The notes: generated by a model not told the origin, from the sequence alone. A DNA stretch of 64,000 nt from an uncultured delta proteobacterium (GCA_963816145.1 CAWFJP010000003.1:256001-320000); one strand, 5' to 3'. Shown: positions 39,178 through 50,258, counted from the stretch's first letter. Translations and numbers: made by a program.

Positions 39178-40389
39178 ATGGCAAGTGAAAGTCCAACCAG
39201 AAAGCTCAAACTCGGCATTGTCGGCATCGGCGTCGGCGCGTCGGAAATCCTGCCGGCCATGGAGCAGATTCCCGAGTTCGAGCTCGCCGCCGCTGCGGAT
39301 GTCAACCCGCGCGTGCTCGAGACCTTCCGCGAGCGCTACGGCGCCAAGACCTATGACAGCGTCGAGAAATTATGCGCCGACCCCAACGTCGAAGCGGTCT
39401 GGATCTCGACGCCCAATCGCTTTCACGCCGCTCATACGATCATCGCCGCCAACGCCGGCAAGCATGTCGTGGTCGAGAAACCGATGGCGATTTCGCTTCA
39501 AGAGGCCGAGAAAATGATCGAGGCGACGATCAAGAACAAGATCAAACTGCTATGTGGCCACACGCAGAGCTTCGGGCCGCATATCCGCACCATGCGCAAG
39601 ATCATTCGCGCCGGTGAACTCGGCCGGTTATGCGCCCTTCATGTCTGGGCCTACACAGACTGGATGCTGCGGCCGCGCACCGCCGATGAATTGGACATCA
39701 ATCAGGGCGGCGGCGTGCCCTATCGCCAGGGTCCGCACCAGATCGACACCTTGCGCTTGCTCGGCGGCGGGTTAGTGCGCAGCGTGCGCGGCGCCACCGG
39801 GCAATGGTTCAAGGGCCGGCCGATTCCCGGCTATTATTCAGCGTTCATGGAATTCGAAGACGGCACGCCGGCTACGCTCATGCACAATGGCTACGGCTAT
39901 TTTCTCGCCTCGGAGTTAGTTCCCTGGGGCGGTCAAAACAGCCGCTACTCGGAAACGGAGCGCGCCGCGGTGCGCAAATCGCTGCTTGACGGCACGCGCA
40001 ATGAGAACGCCGATAAGGACGCCATGCGTATCGGCGGTGCCAACGAACGGGAGATTCGTGATCGAAGCAAGACCAAGCCGTGGCTGCCGAATGATTTAGG
40101 CATTCTGATCGCAACCTGCGAGAAGGGTGACATTCGCCAGTCGCAACACGGCCTGTTCGTGCATAGCGACGAAGGCACCAAGGATGTGCCGCTCATCGGT
40201 GGCGGCGGTCCGTCGCGGCGCGGCGAGCTGATGGAACTCTACAACGCCGTCGTTCTCGACGAACCGATCCGCCACACCGGTCCCTGGGGCATGGCGACGT
40301 TGGAAGTCTGCTTGGCGATTATCGAGTCGGCCAAACAAAGAAAAGAAATCTATCTGAAGCACCAAGTGCCCGCGCCGGAGGGAGACTAA
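39178..40389 (+). CDS. Gfo/Idh/MocA oxidoreductase (phthalate dihydrodiol dehydrogenase-like)
   Basis: GIVGIG, EKPMA, YTDWMLRPR..ELD...GGG. Confidence 0.85.
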   Translation: MASESPTRKLKLGIVGIGVGASEILPAMEQIPEFELAAAADVNPRVLETFRERYGAKTYDSVEKLCADPNVEAVWISTPNRFHAAHTIIAANAGKHVVVEKPMAISLQEAEKMIEATIKNKIKLLCGHTQSFGPHIRTMRKIIRAGELGRLCALHVWAYTDWMLRPRTADELDINQGGGVPYRQGPHQIDTLRLLGGGLVRSVRGATGQWFKGRPIPGYYSAFMEFEDGTPATLMHNGYGYFLASELVPWGGQNSRYSETERAAVRKSLLDGTRNENADKDAMRIGGANEREIRDRSKTKPWLPNDLGILIATCEKGDIRQSQHGLFVHSDEGTKDVPLIGGGGPSRRGELMELYNAVVLDEPIRHTGPWGMATLEVCLAIIESAKQRKEIYLKHQVPAPEGD

Positions 40390-40405
40390 CATCTGCTTCC
40401 ATTCC

Positions 40406-40484
40406 GTCATTCCGGCGAAGGCCGGAATCCAGGCCCTAAACTGAAGCGAAATCGAAGATGGATGCCGGTTTTCACCGGCATGAC
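40406..40484. repeat. GTCAT-type paired repeat
   Basis: gtcattccggcgaaggccggaatcc...ggatgccggttttcaccggcatgac. Confidence 0.8.
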
Positions 40485-40547
40485 GATCAGCGTAGGGTGA
40501 AGCGAATCAACTATTCATAGCAAATCGAACCAAAACAAGGAGCATTT

Positions 40548-41528
40548 ATGTACAACAATCAAATTACCGTCGACGTTCACGGTCATATGACTACCCCCGC
40601 CGTGTTTCGCCAATTTTTAGCGGAGACGGTCTCGCAGAATACGCCGAACCGTAAACTCGATATGAGCGACGAGCAGCTCGAAGCTGCCCAGCAGCGCCAT
40701 CTTAAATTCATGGACGACCGCGGCATCGATGTTCAACTGATCGGCCCGCGCCCCATCGCCATGTGGCATTGGATGCGGCCGTTCCTGCAAGAGTTCTGGG
40801 CCTTCACGACCAACAATGTGATTGGCCGTATAGTTAAGCTGCATCCCGATCGCTTCCGTGGCATGGCGCAGCTACCGCAATCCCGCGACCGGGACACGCG
40901 CTTCTGTCTTCCTGAGTTCGAACGCTGCATCAAAGAGCTCAACTTCGTCGGCGCTTATCTGAATCCCGATCCTGCAGGTGACAAGCAGACGCCGGGCGTC
41001 CACGAGGAGTATTGGCATCCGCTGTACGAGAAAGCCGTGCAGTTGGATGTCCCGCTGATGGTCCACCCGTCGACGACCTATGACCGCAGACTGGAGATCA
41101 TCCCAGCGAACTATCAGATGAATAATTATTTGGAAGAGTTCGTCGCCATGAATCTCTACATGCACAGCAAGATTTTTCAGACCTTTCCCAAACTAAAAAT
41201 TGTCATCTGCCACTGCGGCGGCGGCCTACACCGGTTCATCGCCAACGATCACCATGTCGGCCAGGGCGATTTCAGCAATAACTTATTTTACGATTCCTGC
41301 GTCTACGACGTGAACTATCTCGAAGCCGGCATCAAGCAACGCGGCGTCGACCAGGTCCTGTTCGGTACCGAATCCCCCGGCTCCGGCGGCGCAGTCCGCA
41401 AAGACACAGGCAAACCTTCCGACGACATGATTCCGGTGATCGACGGTCTTGGTTTCTTGAGCGCCGAGGATAAGATGAAGATCTTTCAGAAAAATCCGTT
41501 GAAGGTATTTACCAAAGTGAAGATCTAG
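40548..41528 (+). CDS. LigJ-like amidohydrolase (4-oxalomesaconate hydratase family)
   Basis: DVHGHMTT, QLPQS, NPDP, HCGG, YDSCVY, LFGTE. Confidence 0.75.
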   Translation: MYNNQITVDVHGHMTTPAVFRQFLAETVSQNTPNRKLDMSDEQLEAAQQRHLKFMDDRGIDVQLIGPRPIAMWHWMRPFLQEFWAFTTNNVIGRIVKLHPDRFRGMAQLPQSRDRDTRFCLPEFERCIKELNFVGAYLNPDPAGDKQTPGVHEEYWHPLYEKAVQLDVPLMVHPSTTYDRRLEIIPANYQMNNYLEEFVAMNLYMHSKIFQTFPKLKIVICHCGGGLHRFIANDHHVGQGDFSNNLFYDSCVYDVNYLEAGIKQRGVDQVLFGTESPGSGGAVRKDTGKPSDDMIPVIDGLGFLSAEDKMKIFQKNPLKVFTKVKI

Positions 41529-41535
41529 GAAGGTC

Positions 41536-41592
41536 GAGGATCGACGATGGAGGATTGAGAAAGCCTTGCTCTATCCTCGATCTTCGATTCTC
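41536..41592. repeat. GAGGATCG/CGATCTTC iterated inverted repeat
   Basis: cgaggatcgacgatggaggattgag...ctatcctcgatcttcgattctc. Confidence 0.6.
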
Positions 41593-41648
41593 GGCCGGTA
41601 TTGAACTAAAGCCGTAATCACCAACACAACAGCTGACGGAGAAAGTGA

Positions 41649-43874
41649 ATGGCCTACAAAAGCGTCAACAGATCAGTTCCCCGCATCGAGGGTGCGGATA
41701 AAGTTTCAGGCAACATGCGCTATGCGGCAGACTTGAAATTCCCAGCAGCCTTGTCAGCGAAGATCTTACGCACCTCCCTGCCTCATGCACGAATCGTTAA
41801 CATCGATACGTCCAAAGCGGCTAAGTTGCGCGGCGTGCGCGGTATTATCACCGGCGCCGATGTCAAAGGCGTGATGGTCGGGCTGCGGATGAAAGACATG
41901 CCGCTATTGGCCCACGACAAGGTGCGTTATGTCGGTGAACCGGTTGCGGCGATTGCCGCCGACACCGACGAGATCGCCGAAGAGGCTTTGAATCTCATCG
42001 ACGTGCAGTATGAGGCCTTACCGTTCGTTACCGATCCGGTGGAGGCGACCGCGGTCGGCGCTCCTGTGTTGCACGACGATCCGATGGTTTACAAGAATGC
42101 GCCGGAGCGCGACATCGATCTGCCCAACGTGCAGTCCTACGGCAAGTGGTCCAACGGCGATCTCGATGCTGGATTCAAAAAAGCGGCGCGAATTTTCGAG
42201 CATACCTTCCGCACGCCGTTGGGCTTTCACGGCTACATCGAACCGCATGCTTGCACCGTGCAGATCCACGACGACGGCCAAGTCGAAATCTGGGCGTCGA
42301 ACAAAGCGCCTTTCTCTTTGCGCACAAGATTTGCCCGGGATGTTGGCGTCGAGGAAGCCAAGGTCAAAGTTCACATCCTGCCGGTTGGCGGCGATTTCGG
42401 CGGCAAGACCTCCGTCGTGGAGGCGCCGGTCTGCTATTTTCTCGCCAAGAAAACCGGCAAGGCGGTTCGCATGGTCTTGGAATACACCGAAGAGGTTACG
42501 GCGATCTCGCACCGCCATCCCGCGGTGATCACGCTGCGCACCGGCGTCGATGGCGATAACAAGATTTGCGCCATGGCCATCAAGGCGGTTTTTAGCGGCG
42601 GCGGTTATGCGGCGCTCAAAGCGAATGCGGAAGTGACGGTTCAGGGGCCGCGGCGTGCTGCAAGCTACTATCGCTTTCCCGCGATCCAGGTTGAAACCTT
42701 ATGCGCGTACACCAATCAAGTGCCCTGCACCCAAACGCGCACGCCGGGAAGCCCACAGACGACGTTCGCGGTCGAATCGCAGATCGATATCATTGCCCGC
42801 GAACTCGGTCTCGATCCCGTCGAGTTTCGCATGAAGAATCTGCTTAACGCCGGCGATCCGACGCCTTTCGGTCAAAAGCTTCAAGGCATCGTCGTCAAGG
42901 AAACCCTGAACAAGGCTTTGCAAGTTTCCGGCTGGAACAAACCGAAGGCAAAGAACGTCGGCCGCGGTCTCGCGGTCTACGAGCGTCCATCCGGCGCCGG
43001 CAAATCCGGCGCGGCGATAACGGTCGAGGCGGACGGCAGCGTCAGCATTAATCTCGGCGTGCCAGATGTCGGCCCCGGCATTCACACGGTCGTCCAGCAA
43101 ATCGTCAGCGAGGTTTTGGATTTGCCGCGCGAGCGCGTCAAAGTTGTCGTCATCGATACCGACAATTCACCGTTTGACTCCGGCACCGGCGGCAGCAAGT
43201 CGACCAACAGCGTCGGTACCGCCGCCTACCAAGCGGTCACTGAAATCAAAGAAAAACTTCTCTCGCTCGTGGCAGCGAAGTTTGGCTGCAAGAGCGAGGC
43301 GATTGAGGAATCAAAGGGGCGGTACAACGTGCCAGGGCAAAAGCCGATGTCTTGCACCGACATGATGTGTCACGCCGTCGGGCAGAATGGCGGGTCGCTA
43401 ACACACTTGAGCATTTACGAACCGGCCCGTGCGCCGATCACTTCGTTTGCTGTGCAGGTGGCCGAGGTCATCGTCGATCACGGCACGGGGCAAGTCAAAG
43501 TGACCAAACTCACCACCGTCCACGATTCCGGCACCGTGTTGAACCACCTTAGCTACACCGGCCAGATCGACGGCGGCATCGTCACCGGTTTAGGCTTCGC
43601 ACTGATGGAAGATAATTCGCTAATCGACGGCAAAATGGCCACGATCAATCTCGGCGAGTTCAAGATGGCCAGCATCGCCGATCTGCCGAAACTAACTACA
43701 GTATTGATGGAAAGCCCCGCTGGCCCGATCCCCTATCATGGCAAAGCCATAGCGGAGATTCCCAACGTGCCGACCGCAGCCGCCATTGCCAACGCCGTGC
43801 AGGATGCCTGCGGTGTGCGGATTTTGGATTTACCGATAACCGCGGAGAAGGTTTATGGGGCGCTGAAGAATTAG
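41649..43874 (+). CDS. Xanthine dehydrogenase-family molybdopterin-binding large subunit
   Basis: GGDFGGK, RTPG, GKAIAE. Confidence 0.9.
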   Translation: MAYKSVNRSVPRIEGADKVSGNMRYAADLKFPAALSAKILRTSLPHARIVNIDTSKAAKLRGVRGIITGADVKGVMVGLRMKDMPLLAHDKVRYVGEPVAAIAADTDEIAEEALNLIDVQYEALPFVTDPVEATAVGAPVLHDDPMVYKNAPERDIDLPNVQSYGKWSNGDLDAGFKKAARIFEHTFRTPLGFHGYIEPHACTVQIHDDGQVEIWASNKAPFSLRTRFARDVGVEEAKVKVHILPVGGDFGGKTSVVEAPVCYFLAKKTGKAVRMVLEYTEEVTAISHRHPAVITLRTGVDGDNKICAMAIKAVFSGGGYAALKANAEVTVQGPRRAASYYRFPAIQVETLCAYTNQVPCTQTRTPGSPQTTFAVESQIDIIARELGLDPVEFRMKNLLNAGDPTPFGQKLQGIVVKETLNKALQVSGWNKPKAKNVGRGLAVYERPSGAGKSGAAITVEADGSVSINLGVPDVGPGIHTVVQQIVSEVLDLPRERVKVVVIDTDNSPFDSGTGGSKSTNSVGTAAYQAVTEIKEKLLSLVAAKFGCKSEAIEESKGRYNVPGQKPMSCTDMMCHAVGQNGGSLTHLSIYEPARAPITSFAVQVAEVIVDHGTGQVKVTKLTTVHDSGTVLNHLSYTGQIDGGIVTGLGFALMEDNSLIDGKMATINLGEFKMASIADLPKLTTVLMESPAGPIPYHGKAIAEIPNVPTAAAIANAVQDACGVRILDLPITAEKVYGALKN

Positions 43875-43952
43875 CAACGGAACGGTTAGCCGCAAAAAAC
43901 GCAAAACCGATTACGGGATGTAGAAACAACCCCCTGTGGTTGCCCTTCCGAT

Positions 43953-44243
43953 CTAAACACCATCAACAAAATACTGCTCCGCCCGCGCGATATGACGCGC
44001 TGGATCAGGATCGAGGGAGCGGCGCTCATCCGACTGATAGAAGGCTTGATTCTGGGTATCCCAATCTTCCGAATCGTCGCGGCTCAAGAACCAAACGAAT
44101 TGGTTGGTCTCAGTGATCTTCCAACCACCGCTCACATGAAAGCCAAACTTTGCTCGTAGTGGTTTGATCTGGTCACGCCACTCGGTAGCAAATGCGTCAA
44201 GAGCGCCGCGGTTGATCGTGTAGATGTGAATTTGAGTGGGCAT
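43953..44243 (-). CDS. NIPSNAP-like protein
   Basis: IYTINRGALDAF, NQFVW, FYQSDER, DPARHI. Confidence 0.7.
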   Translation of the reverse strand: MPTQIHIYTINRGALDAFATEWRDQIKPLRAKFGFHVSGGWKITETNQFVWFLSRDDSEDWDTQNQAFYQSDERRSLDPDPARHIARAEQYFVDGV

Positions 44244-44321
44244 GAGATCCTACGGCCTCCAATGGGGCAAGCACCTCTAGCGTTAATCCAACTTTCTGCT
44301 CTACAGGGAATTGGAAAGTCC

Positions 44322-44404
44322 GTCATGCCGGCGCAAGCCGGCATCCAGGCTCGATTTCGGTTTAGACTCAAACAAACCTGGATTCCGGCCTCCGCCGGAA
44401 TGAC
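44322..44404. repeat. GTCAT-type paired repeat
   Basis: gtcatgccggcgcaagccggcatcc...ggattccggcctccgccggaatgac. Confidence 0.8.
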
Positions 44405-44485
44405 GGAAAGGTAAACCGAGATCCGGTCAACAGTCGCGTTCTATCGCGGTTCTAACAACTTGCCAACCTGATCTCCATTGCCAAG

Positions 44486-46070
44486 TTATGATTCCGAACT
44501 TTGCGCTAACTCGAACTTGCCATCCTTATCCTGCCTAATCTTCCCATCCTCGTATAACTGCGCCACCGTGTTGGCGACGGTTTTATAATCCACCTTGGCA
44601 AAATTCTCCAGTAGATCGGCGAAGAAGCAGTGCGACTTACCCAGTGCTGCAGTGATTTTTTCACTCAAGGTCGCGACGGTTTCAGTCTGCTTGATTTCAG
44701 CTTTCCGTTTGGCCGTGATTTCCGCCGCGCCCAGATAGTCACTCAATTGGACCTTGTCTTGATTAAAATAGACGATCCGCTTGTAGCGTTCCGCGGGAAT
44801 ATTTTCCGGGATCGTTGCGTCGATCCCCATCTTGGCGGTGGTCGGCACTTTGCCATGGATGGGCAGGGACAGCGACGGATCGAGGGGTTTCGATCTGGCG
44901 TTGGAGACGATGACTACGTCACGGTCGGCTTGAACCCGCGTCGCCACCGCCCACTCGACATCGACGGGGTCGAATACATCGATATCGTCGTCGACGATGG
45001 TGACATGCTTGATATCCGCGATGGACAAAAGCGCCATGATCGCGTTCTTGCCGTCGCCCGGCACTTTCTTGATCGACGCGACGATATGCCAGTGACAGCA
45101 GCCGCCGGGGGTAACGTTGATGGCGACCGTCTGCACGCCGGCTTCGAAGAGCACCCGGCGGGCGGCAGCTTCATAGATGGGCGCCGACATCCAAATGTTT
45201 TCCCAGGGCATTTGCAGTGCGTAATACATCGCGTCCTTGCGATGCATGATCGCTTTGATGCGCACTCGCGGGTTCATATGCATGCCGCCCATGAGCCGGT
45301 TGAACTCCGAGAACGGCCCTTCAGTGTGCACCCAACCTTCTGGCAAGGATTTCCCCTTCGAGGACGATCTCCGCGTCGGCGATGCACGGCACCGGCACGG
45401 TCTCGCCATCGGCGAGTCGCAGCGGTTCATGGCGGAGGCCGCCGGCAAAGGTCAATTCGTTAACGCCGAGGTTGGCCTTGAAGGTTGACGCGACGAGTTC
45501 GTAGGGATGGGTGCCGATGGAAATCGAGATCGGCAACGGCTTCTTCTTTGCCAACGCCCGCTCGGCGAACCGACGCATATTGTTGGGCGTGACGATGTCG
45601 ATGCCGGTGACGTTGCGTTCTTTGAGCATTAGACGGTAGATGCCGGCGTTGATGCCGAACTCCGGGTCCTCGGCGATGACCACCCCGCCGGTGATCATCG
45701 GCCCGCCGTCCATCACCGAGAACACCGGCACCGGCAGATCGAAGAGATTAACTTTCTTGCCGGTGATTTTGACTTCTTTCACCGGCGCGTTGGCGACCCG
45801 CTTGGGCTGAATTGGCTTGTCCATCGCCTTGCCCAGCTTGTCGGCGATGTTTGCATAGTCGACACCCATGCCCAGAGCGATGCGATTGCGGGATTGCAAC
45901 AGACCAGAAGCCAACGACATGGAATAACCAGGTAGATTTTTGAACAGCAAGGCCTTTTCCGACTGCGCGACTAGGGCGGCGACATCGCGCAGATCCACCG
46001 GCTTGGTAATCTCCAAAAGTTCGTTGTTTTTGCGCAGAATCTCGATGTAATCGCGAAAGCTCGCCTTCAT
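44486..46070 (-). CDS. UbiD-family decarboxylase with C-terminal extension, frameshifted near 45345
   Basis: DGGPMI...EGEIL in one frame; EGPFSE, VDDDIDVFD and GIDAT in the next. Confidence 0.85.
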
Positions 46071-46149
46071 GAATGGACTCCCAGGGGTTTGATTGATGGA
46101 GACTTAACATGGGAATGTGGTTAATTCCAATGTTGATAAAGCAAGCAAA

Positions 46150-46262
46150 GAGATTTCTCCCTGCGGTCGAAATGACAGAACGGAATTGCGAATGTCTAGT
46201 TAGCGAGAAACTCACGGAGATGAAAATTCCGAACTTCGTGCCCTTCGCGCCTTCGTGGTGAG
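46150..46262. repeat. GAAATGACA-type plus CACGAAG-type repeat remnants
   Basis: agatttctccctgcggtcgaaatgaca; cttcgtgcccttcgcgccttcgtggtg. Confidence 0.65.
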
Positions 46263-46342
46263 TCCTCTCTGTCACACATTTCGCAATGCCACCGCTATGT
46301 GTTATAAACGCGGGCGAACTTATCGAATTTGAAAGGCGACCT

Positions 46343-47341
46343 ATGGCTACCTTCGGACTTACTTTGGCAAACCGCGGCGTGATCATCGGCGCGGTGACGG
46401 TACCGGAGCTCTTCGACATGGCGAAACGCGGCGAGGACTCCGGCGCCTTTAGCGCAGTTTGGGTCGGCGACAGCTTGCTCGCCAAGCCGCGCTTGGAGTC
46501 CATCGCCCTGCTTTCTGCGCTCGCGGTGGTGACCAAGAAAGTAAAACTCGCTGTCGGTTGCATGGCGACGTTTCCGCACCGCCATCCGGCCCTATTGGCG
46601 CAACAATGGGCGAGCTTAGACGTGATCTCCGGCGGCCGCTCCTGGTTGGCGGTCTGCCTCGGTGGTCCCAACGAGCAGAGCCCCGCCCAAGCGCTTGAAC
46701 ATAAGGTGATGGGTATCAAGGACACCGAGCGCGTGGCGCGGTTGGAAGAAGGCATCGTCATTCTGAAAAAGCTTTTTCACGAAGAAAAGGCGTCGCACAA
46801 AGGGCGCTTTTATGAATTCGAAGGCGTGACCATTCAACCGCACCCGGTGCAGAACCCGCTGCCGATCTGGATCGCCAGCAATCCCACCGGTCTTACTTGG
46901 AAAGATGGCGCCAGCGCGCCCTCGCCCGCGGTCGAAAAAGGACTGCGGCGTGTGGCCAAATATGCCGACGGCTGGATGACCAACAAGGTCACGCCGGAGG
47001 AGTTCAAATCGCAGTGGACGCGGATCTTGGCGATGGCCAAAGAAGAAGGCCGCGATCCGTCAAAGATCGGCAGTTCGCTCTATCACAACATCAACATCAA
47101 CGAGAGCCGCCAAGCCGCATTGGACGAGAGCAAAGCGTTTCTCGACAAATACTATACCTCCAATTTCAGCATGAAGTTCGTCGAAGGCTTCACAACCGCC
47201 GGCAGCCCGAAACAATGCATCGATGAGCTCAAAGCCTATTTCGCCGCCGGCATCGAACACATCACCCTGCGCATGACGTCGTGGGACCAGGGCGGCCAAC
47301 TCAAGCGCTTTCTCGATGAAGTCGTGCCGGCGTTTAAGTAA
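46343..47341 (+). CDS. LLM-class flavin-dependent oxidoreductase
   Basis: VWVGDS, LDVISGGR, PVQNPLPIWI, ADGW. Confidence 0.9.
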   Translation: MATFGLTLANRGVIIGAVTVPELFDMAKRGEDSGAFSAVWVGDSLLAKPRLESIALLSALAVVTKKVKLAVGCMATFPHRHPALLAQQWASLDVISGGRSWLAVCLGGPNEQSPAQALEHKVMGIKDTERVARLEEGIVILKKLFHEEKASHKGRFYEFEGVTIQPHPVQNPLPIWIASNPTGLTWKDGASAPSPAVEKGLRRVAKYADGWMTNKVTPEEFKSQWTRILAMAKEEGRDPSKIGSSLYHNININESRQAALDESKAFLDKYYTSNFSMKFVEGFTTAGSPKQCIDELKAYFAAGIEHITLRMTSWDQGGQLKRFLDEVVPAFK

Positions 47342-47439
47342 AAGGAGGAGCGTTGCAGTGGTGAGATAATGGAGCGATGGGTCGAAACACTTTCCACCCG
47401 CCGCTCTGGACAGCATTACTCCGACATCCCAATTAGTCC

Positions 47440-48210
47440 ATGATACAAGGCATCGATCATCTCGTCATAGTGGTTAAGGATCTCGATGAAGCGGCGCGAG
47501 ACTATCGCCAGTTGGGCTTCACCGTCGTGCCCGGCGGCCAGCATCCGGTAGGCAGCCATAATGTCTTGATCTCTTTCGCAGACGGCTCTTACCTCGAAAT
47601 CATCGCTTTCTACCGCGACGCGATCGATCATCGTTGGTGGGACCCGCTGCACAAGGGCGAACGACTGGTCGATTTTTGTTTTCAGACCGACGATCTGCGC
47701 GGTGATACCAAGAAGCTCCACGACGCCGGCGTCGCGATCAACAACCCGGTGCCTTGGTCGCGCAAACGGCCCGACGGCTTCGAACTCAAATGGTTGCTGT
47801 CGTTGGCCACCGGCAGCCACCGTGGCGTAGCGCCGTTCTTGATCGAAGACGTGACCCCGCGCGGCGAGCGCATCCCCCAACAATTTAGCCATGCCAACCA
47901 GATCACCGGAATCGAAAAAGTGATCCTCGCGGTCGGGGAACTTGGGCAAATCGACAAATGGTACAGCGCTCTTCTAGATGTCAAAGGCGAACCGTTTGCC
48001 GACACTGCACTCGGAGCGGACGGACTGCGCTTTCAGGTGGGCGCCCAGCGTTTTGAATTCTTGACTCCACGGGATGCCGCCAGCCCGCTGATCTCTTGGC
48101 TGCGCGAGTTTGGCCCGTCGCCCTATGCGGCGGTCTTGAAGTCGGCCGGCGGCGCCGCGCAGTCTCTCGATGTCAGGCTCACGCATGGAGCTCAGTTATT
48201 GGTTTGTTAG
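47440..48210 (+). CDS. VOC/glyoxalase-like protein
   Basis: IDHLVIVVKDL, GGQH, SYLEI, PFLIEDVTPR. Confidence 0.85.
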   Translation: MIQGIDHLVIVVKDLDEAARDYRQLGFTVVPGGQHPVGSHNVLISFADGSYLEIIAFYRDAIDHRWWDPLHKGERLVDFCFQTDDLRGDTKKLHDAGVAINNPVPWSRKRPDGFELKWLLSLATGSHRGVAPFLIEDVTPRGERIPQQFSHANQITGIEKVILAVGELGQIDKWYSALLDVKGEPFADTALGADGLRFQVGAQRFEFLTPRDAASPLISWLREFGPSPYAAVLKSAGGAAQSLDVRLTHGAQLLVC

Positions 48211-48255
48211 AGCTTTCGTGCGGTCCATAGTCAACTCTGCCGAGGAGAATCAAAG

Positions 48256-48948
48256 ATGACGTTGCAAGAAAAACTCGCGTTGGCCTGTCGCATTCTGGCG
48301 ATGCAGGGGCACAACGATATGATCTACGGTCATGTGTCGGCCCGCACCGAACGACCCGACCAGTATTGGATCAAAGGCTCGGGCATCGGACTCGAAGAGG
48401 CCACCGCCGACGACATGGTGCTCATCGACTTCGACGGCAACACCCTCGCCGGCAGACGCAAACGGCACAACGAGTTCCCGATTCACAGCGAAGTCTACCG
48501 AACCAACCCGGATATCATGTGCGTGATCCACACCCACCCGACGTACTCGACTATCATCGCCTCGTCCGATAAGTCGATTCTGCCGATCACCAATCTGAGC
48601 TGCGCCTTCTATCCGCCGGCCATCGACAAGTTCGAGGAGTCCTCGGATCTGATCGTCACGCCCGAGCAAGGCATTTCGGTGGCCAAACTTTTGGGCGAAC
48701 ACAAGATCGTGCTTTTGCGCAATCACGGCATCGTCGTCGCCGGCCCTAACATCGAGGAGACCTGCATCCGCGGTGTGCTGCTCGAACATAGCGCCAAGAC
48801 CCAAGTCACAGCGGCCTCCATGGGCGTGTTTACCTGGGCCACCGACGCCGACGCGTTATTGAAGCGAAAGCGGATTTACCGTCCCGATGCCATGCTGAAT
48901 CTGTGGGAGTATTACCTGCGGATGTTGCAGAGACACGAAAGCAAATAA
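48256..48948 (+). CDS. Class II aldolase/adducin family protein
   Basis: GHVSAR, EFPIH, HTHP, LRNHG. Confidence 0.9.
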   Translation: MTLQEKLALACRILAMQGHNDMIYGHVSARTERPDQYWIKGSGIGLEEATADDMVLIDFDGNTLAGRRKRHNEFPIHSEVYRTNPDIMCVIHTHPTYSTIIASSDKSILPITNLSCAFYPPAIDKFEESSDLIVTPEQGISVAKLLGEHKIVLLRNHGIVVAGPNIEETCIRGVLLEHSAKTQVTAASMGVFTWATDADALLKRKRIYRPDAMLNLWEYYLRMLQRHESK

Positions 48949-48975
48949 ACGCTCAATCGGCTGATGACAGCCTCC

Positions 48976-49053
48976 GTTCAAAACGTTCAAGTCGTTCAAA
49001 CCGTTGTCTCCCGACGTTTTGAACGATTTGAACTGCTTAAACGTTTTGAACGG
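48976..49053. repeat. GTTCAA/TTGAAC iterated inverted repeat between convergent genes
   Basis: gttcaaaacgttcaagtcgttcaaac...ttgaacgatttgaactgcttaaacgttttgaac. Confidence 0.75.
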
Positions 49054-49067
49054 CGCGCTTTGCGCGC

Positions 49068-50258
49068 CTATCGATGTATCCCCAAAAACGCGAAGACCTT
49101 CGCCGCATTGAAAACATTGTTCAATGCCACCAGATCATGATCGGTGTGCTGAAAGCGAATGTCGCGGGAGCCGTAGTTGATCGCCTGGATGCCGCGATGA
49201 TTGAATAGGCCGGTGTCGTTGGCTGCGGTCGAGTAGGAAAACTTCGGTTCATAGTTGAGCATGGTTCGTATCCCCTGCTCCAGCACCTGCACCACTTCGG
49301 CGTCTTTGGCGACTTCGCTCGGATACATGAAATCGCGCGGCTGAACTTCGATCTCGAACGGCTCGATCTTGCCGATGGCATCGATCATCTGCTGGATCGC
49401 TTTGGCGGGATCGTCGCCAGGCAGCAGCCGGCGATCGAACATGATGCGGCATTCGCTCTGGATCGTGTGGGTCGCTTTGGGGAAACTTTCGATGGCGTTG
49501 GTGGTGAGACTCACGTTGCCCAATTCCGGATGATGCTTATCCTCTGGTGTCGGCATCAACGGCTTGAGTTTTTCCATCACCTGCATGGCGCCGTCGATGG
49601 CGTTGATCCCTTCCCAGGGCCGGCTGCTATGGGCCTGCTTGCCTTTGACGACGATCAGTACGTCGACCCGGCCTTTATTGCCGAGTTGAATTTCCGGCGG
49701 ACCGTCGATGACGCACCACTCCGCCTGCACGTTGGCGTTATCGAGCACGTAAGCCAGCGAGTCATGTTTGCCGGTTTCGCCAGCAGTGCTAACGACAAAA
49801 TAGAGATCGCTGGGCAGTTCGACATTGTTGGTACCGATAAATTTAACCGCCGCCATCATCGCCGCTAAGCTGCCCTTTTGTTCACAAGCGCCGCGCCCCC
49901 AAACGCATTCGCCGCCGAGCTTATAGGGCGCGCCATCGACGATTTCGCCGGAATAGGGATTTTTCATCGTGCTCGGCGCCGCGCACATGGCGTAGCCGAC
50001 CAACATCAAACGGCCCTTGGGCTGGCGCCCCTTGATGATGAGAATCAGATTGCCCATCTTGTCGATGAACGGCTTGAGCCCGGACTGCTGCAGCTCCGGC
50101 ATGACCACATCTTTGATCAGTGCGAGAACCTGCGGCTCTGCCTCGAGCAACCGCGTCTGCGGACTGGCATGTTGCACCAGCTTCACGGTCAGCCGCTTCA
50201 CTTCATCGTAATTCAGATTCTTGTCAATCAATTTCTTGGCAGTACCCGCATCCAGCAT
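49068..50258 (-). CDS. M20/ArgE-DapE family protein with atypical metal ligands
   Basis: GRGACEQKG, AGETG, GKQAHSSRP, DRR. The usual HxD is replaced by GYAM. Confidence 0.8.
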   Translation of the reverse strand: MLDAGTAKKLIDKNLNYDEVKRLTVKLVQHASPQTRLLEAEPQVLALIKDVVMPELQQSGLKPFIDKMGNLILIIKGRQPKGRLMLVGYAMCAAPSTMKNPYSGEIVDGAPYKLGGECVWGRGACEQKGSLAAMMAAVKFIGTNNVELPSDLYFVVSTAGETGKHDSLAYVLDNANVQAEWCVIDGPPEIQLGNKGRVDVLIVVKGKQAHSSRPWEGINAIDGAMQVMEKLKPLMPTPEDKHHPELGNVSLTTNAIESFPKATHTIQSECRIMFDRRLLPGDDPAKAIQQMIDAIGKIEPFEIEVQPRDFMYPSEVAKDAEVVQVLEQGIRTMLNYEPKFSYSTAANDTGLFNHRGIQAINYGSRDIRFQHTDHDLVALNNVFNAAKVFAFLGIHR

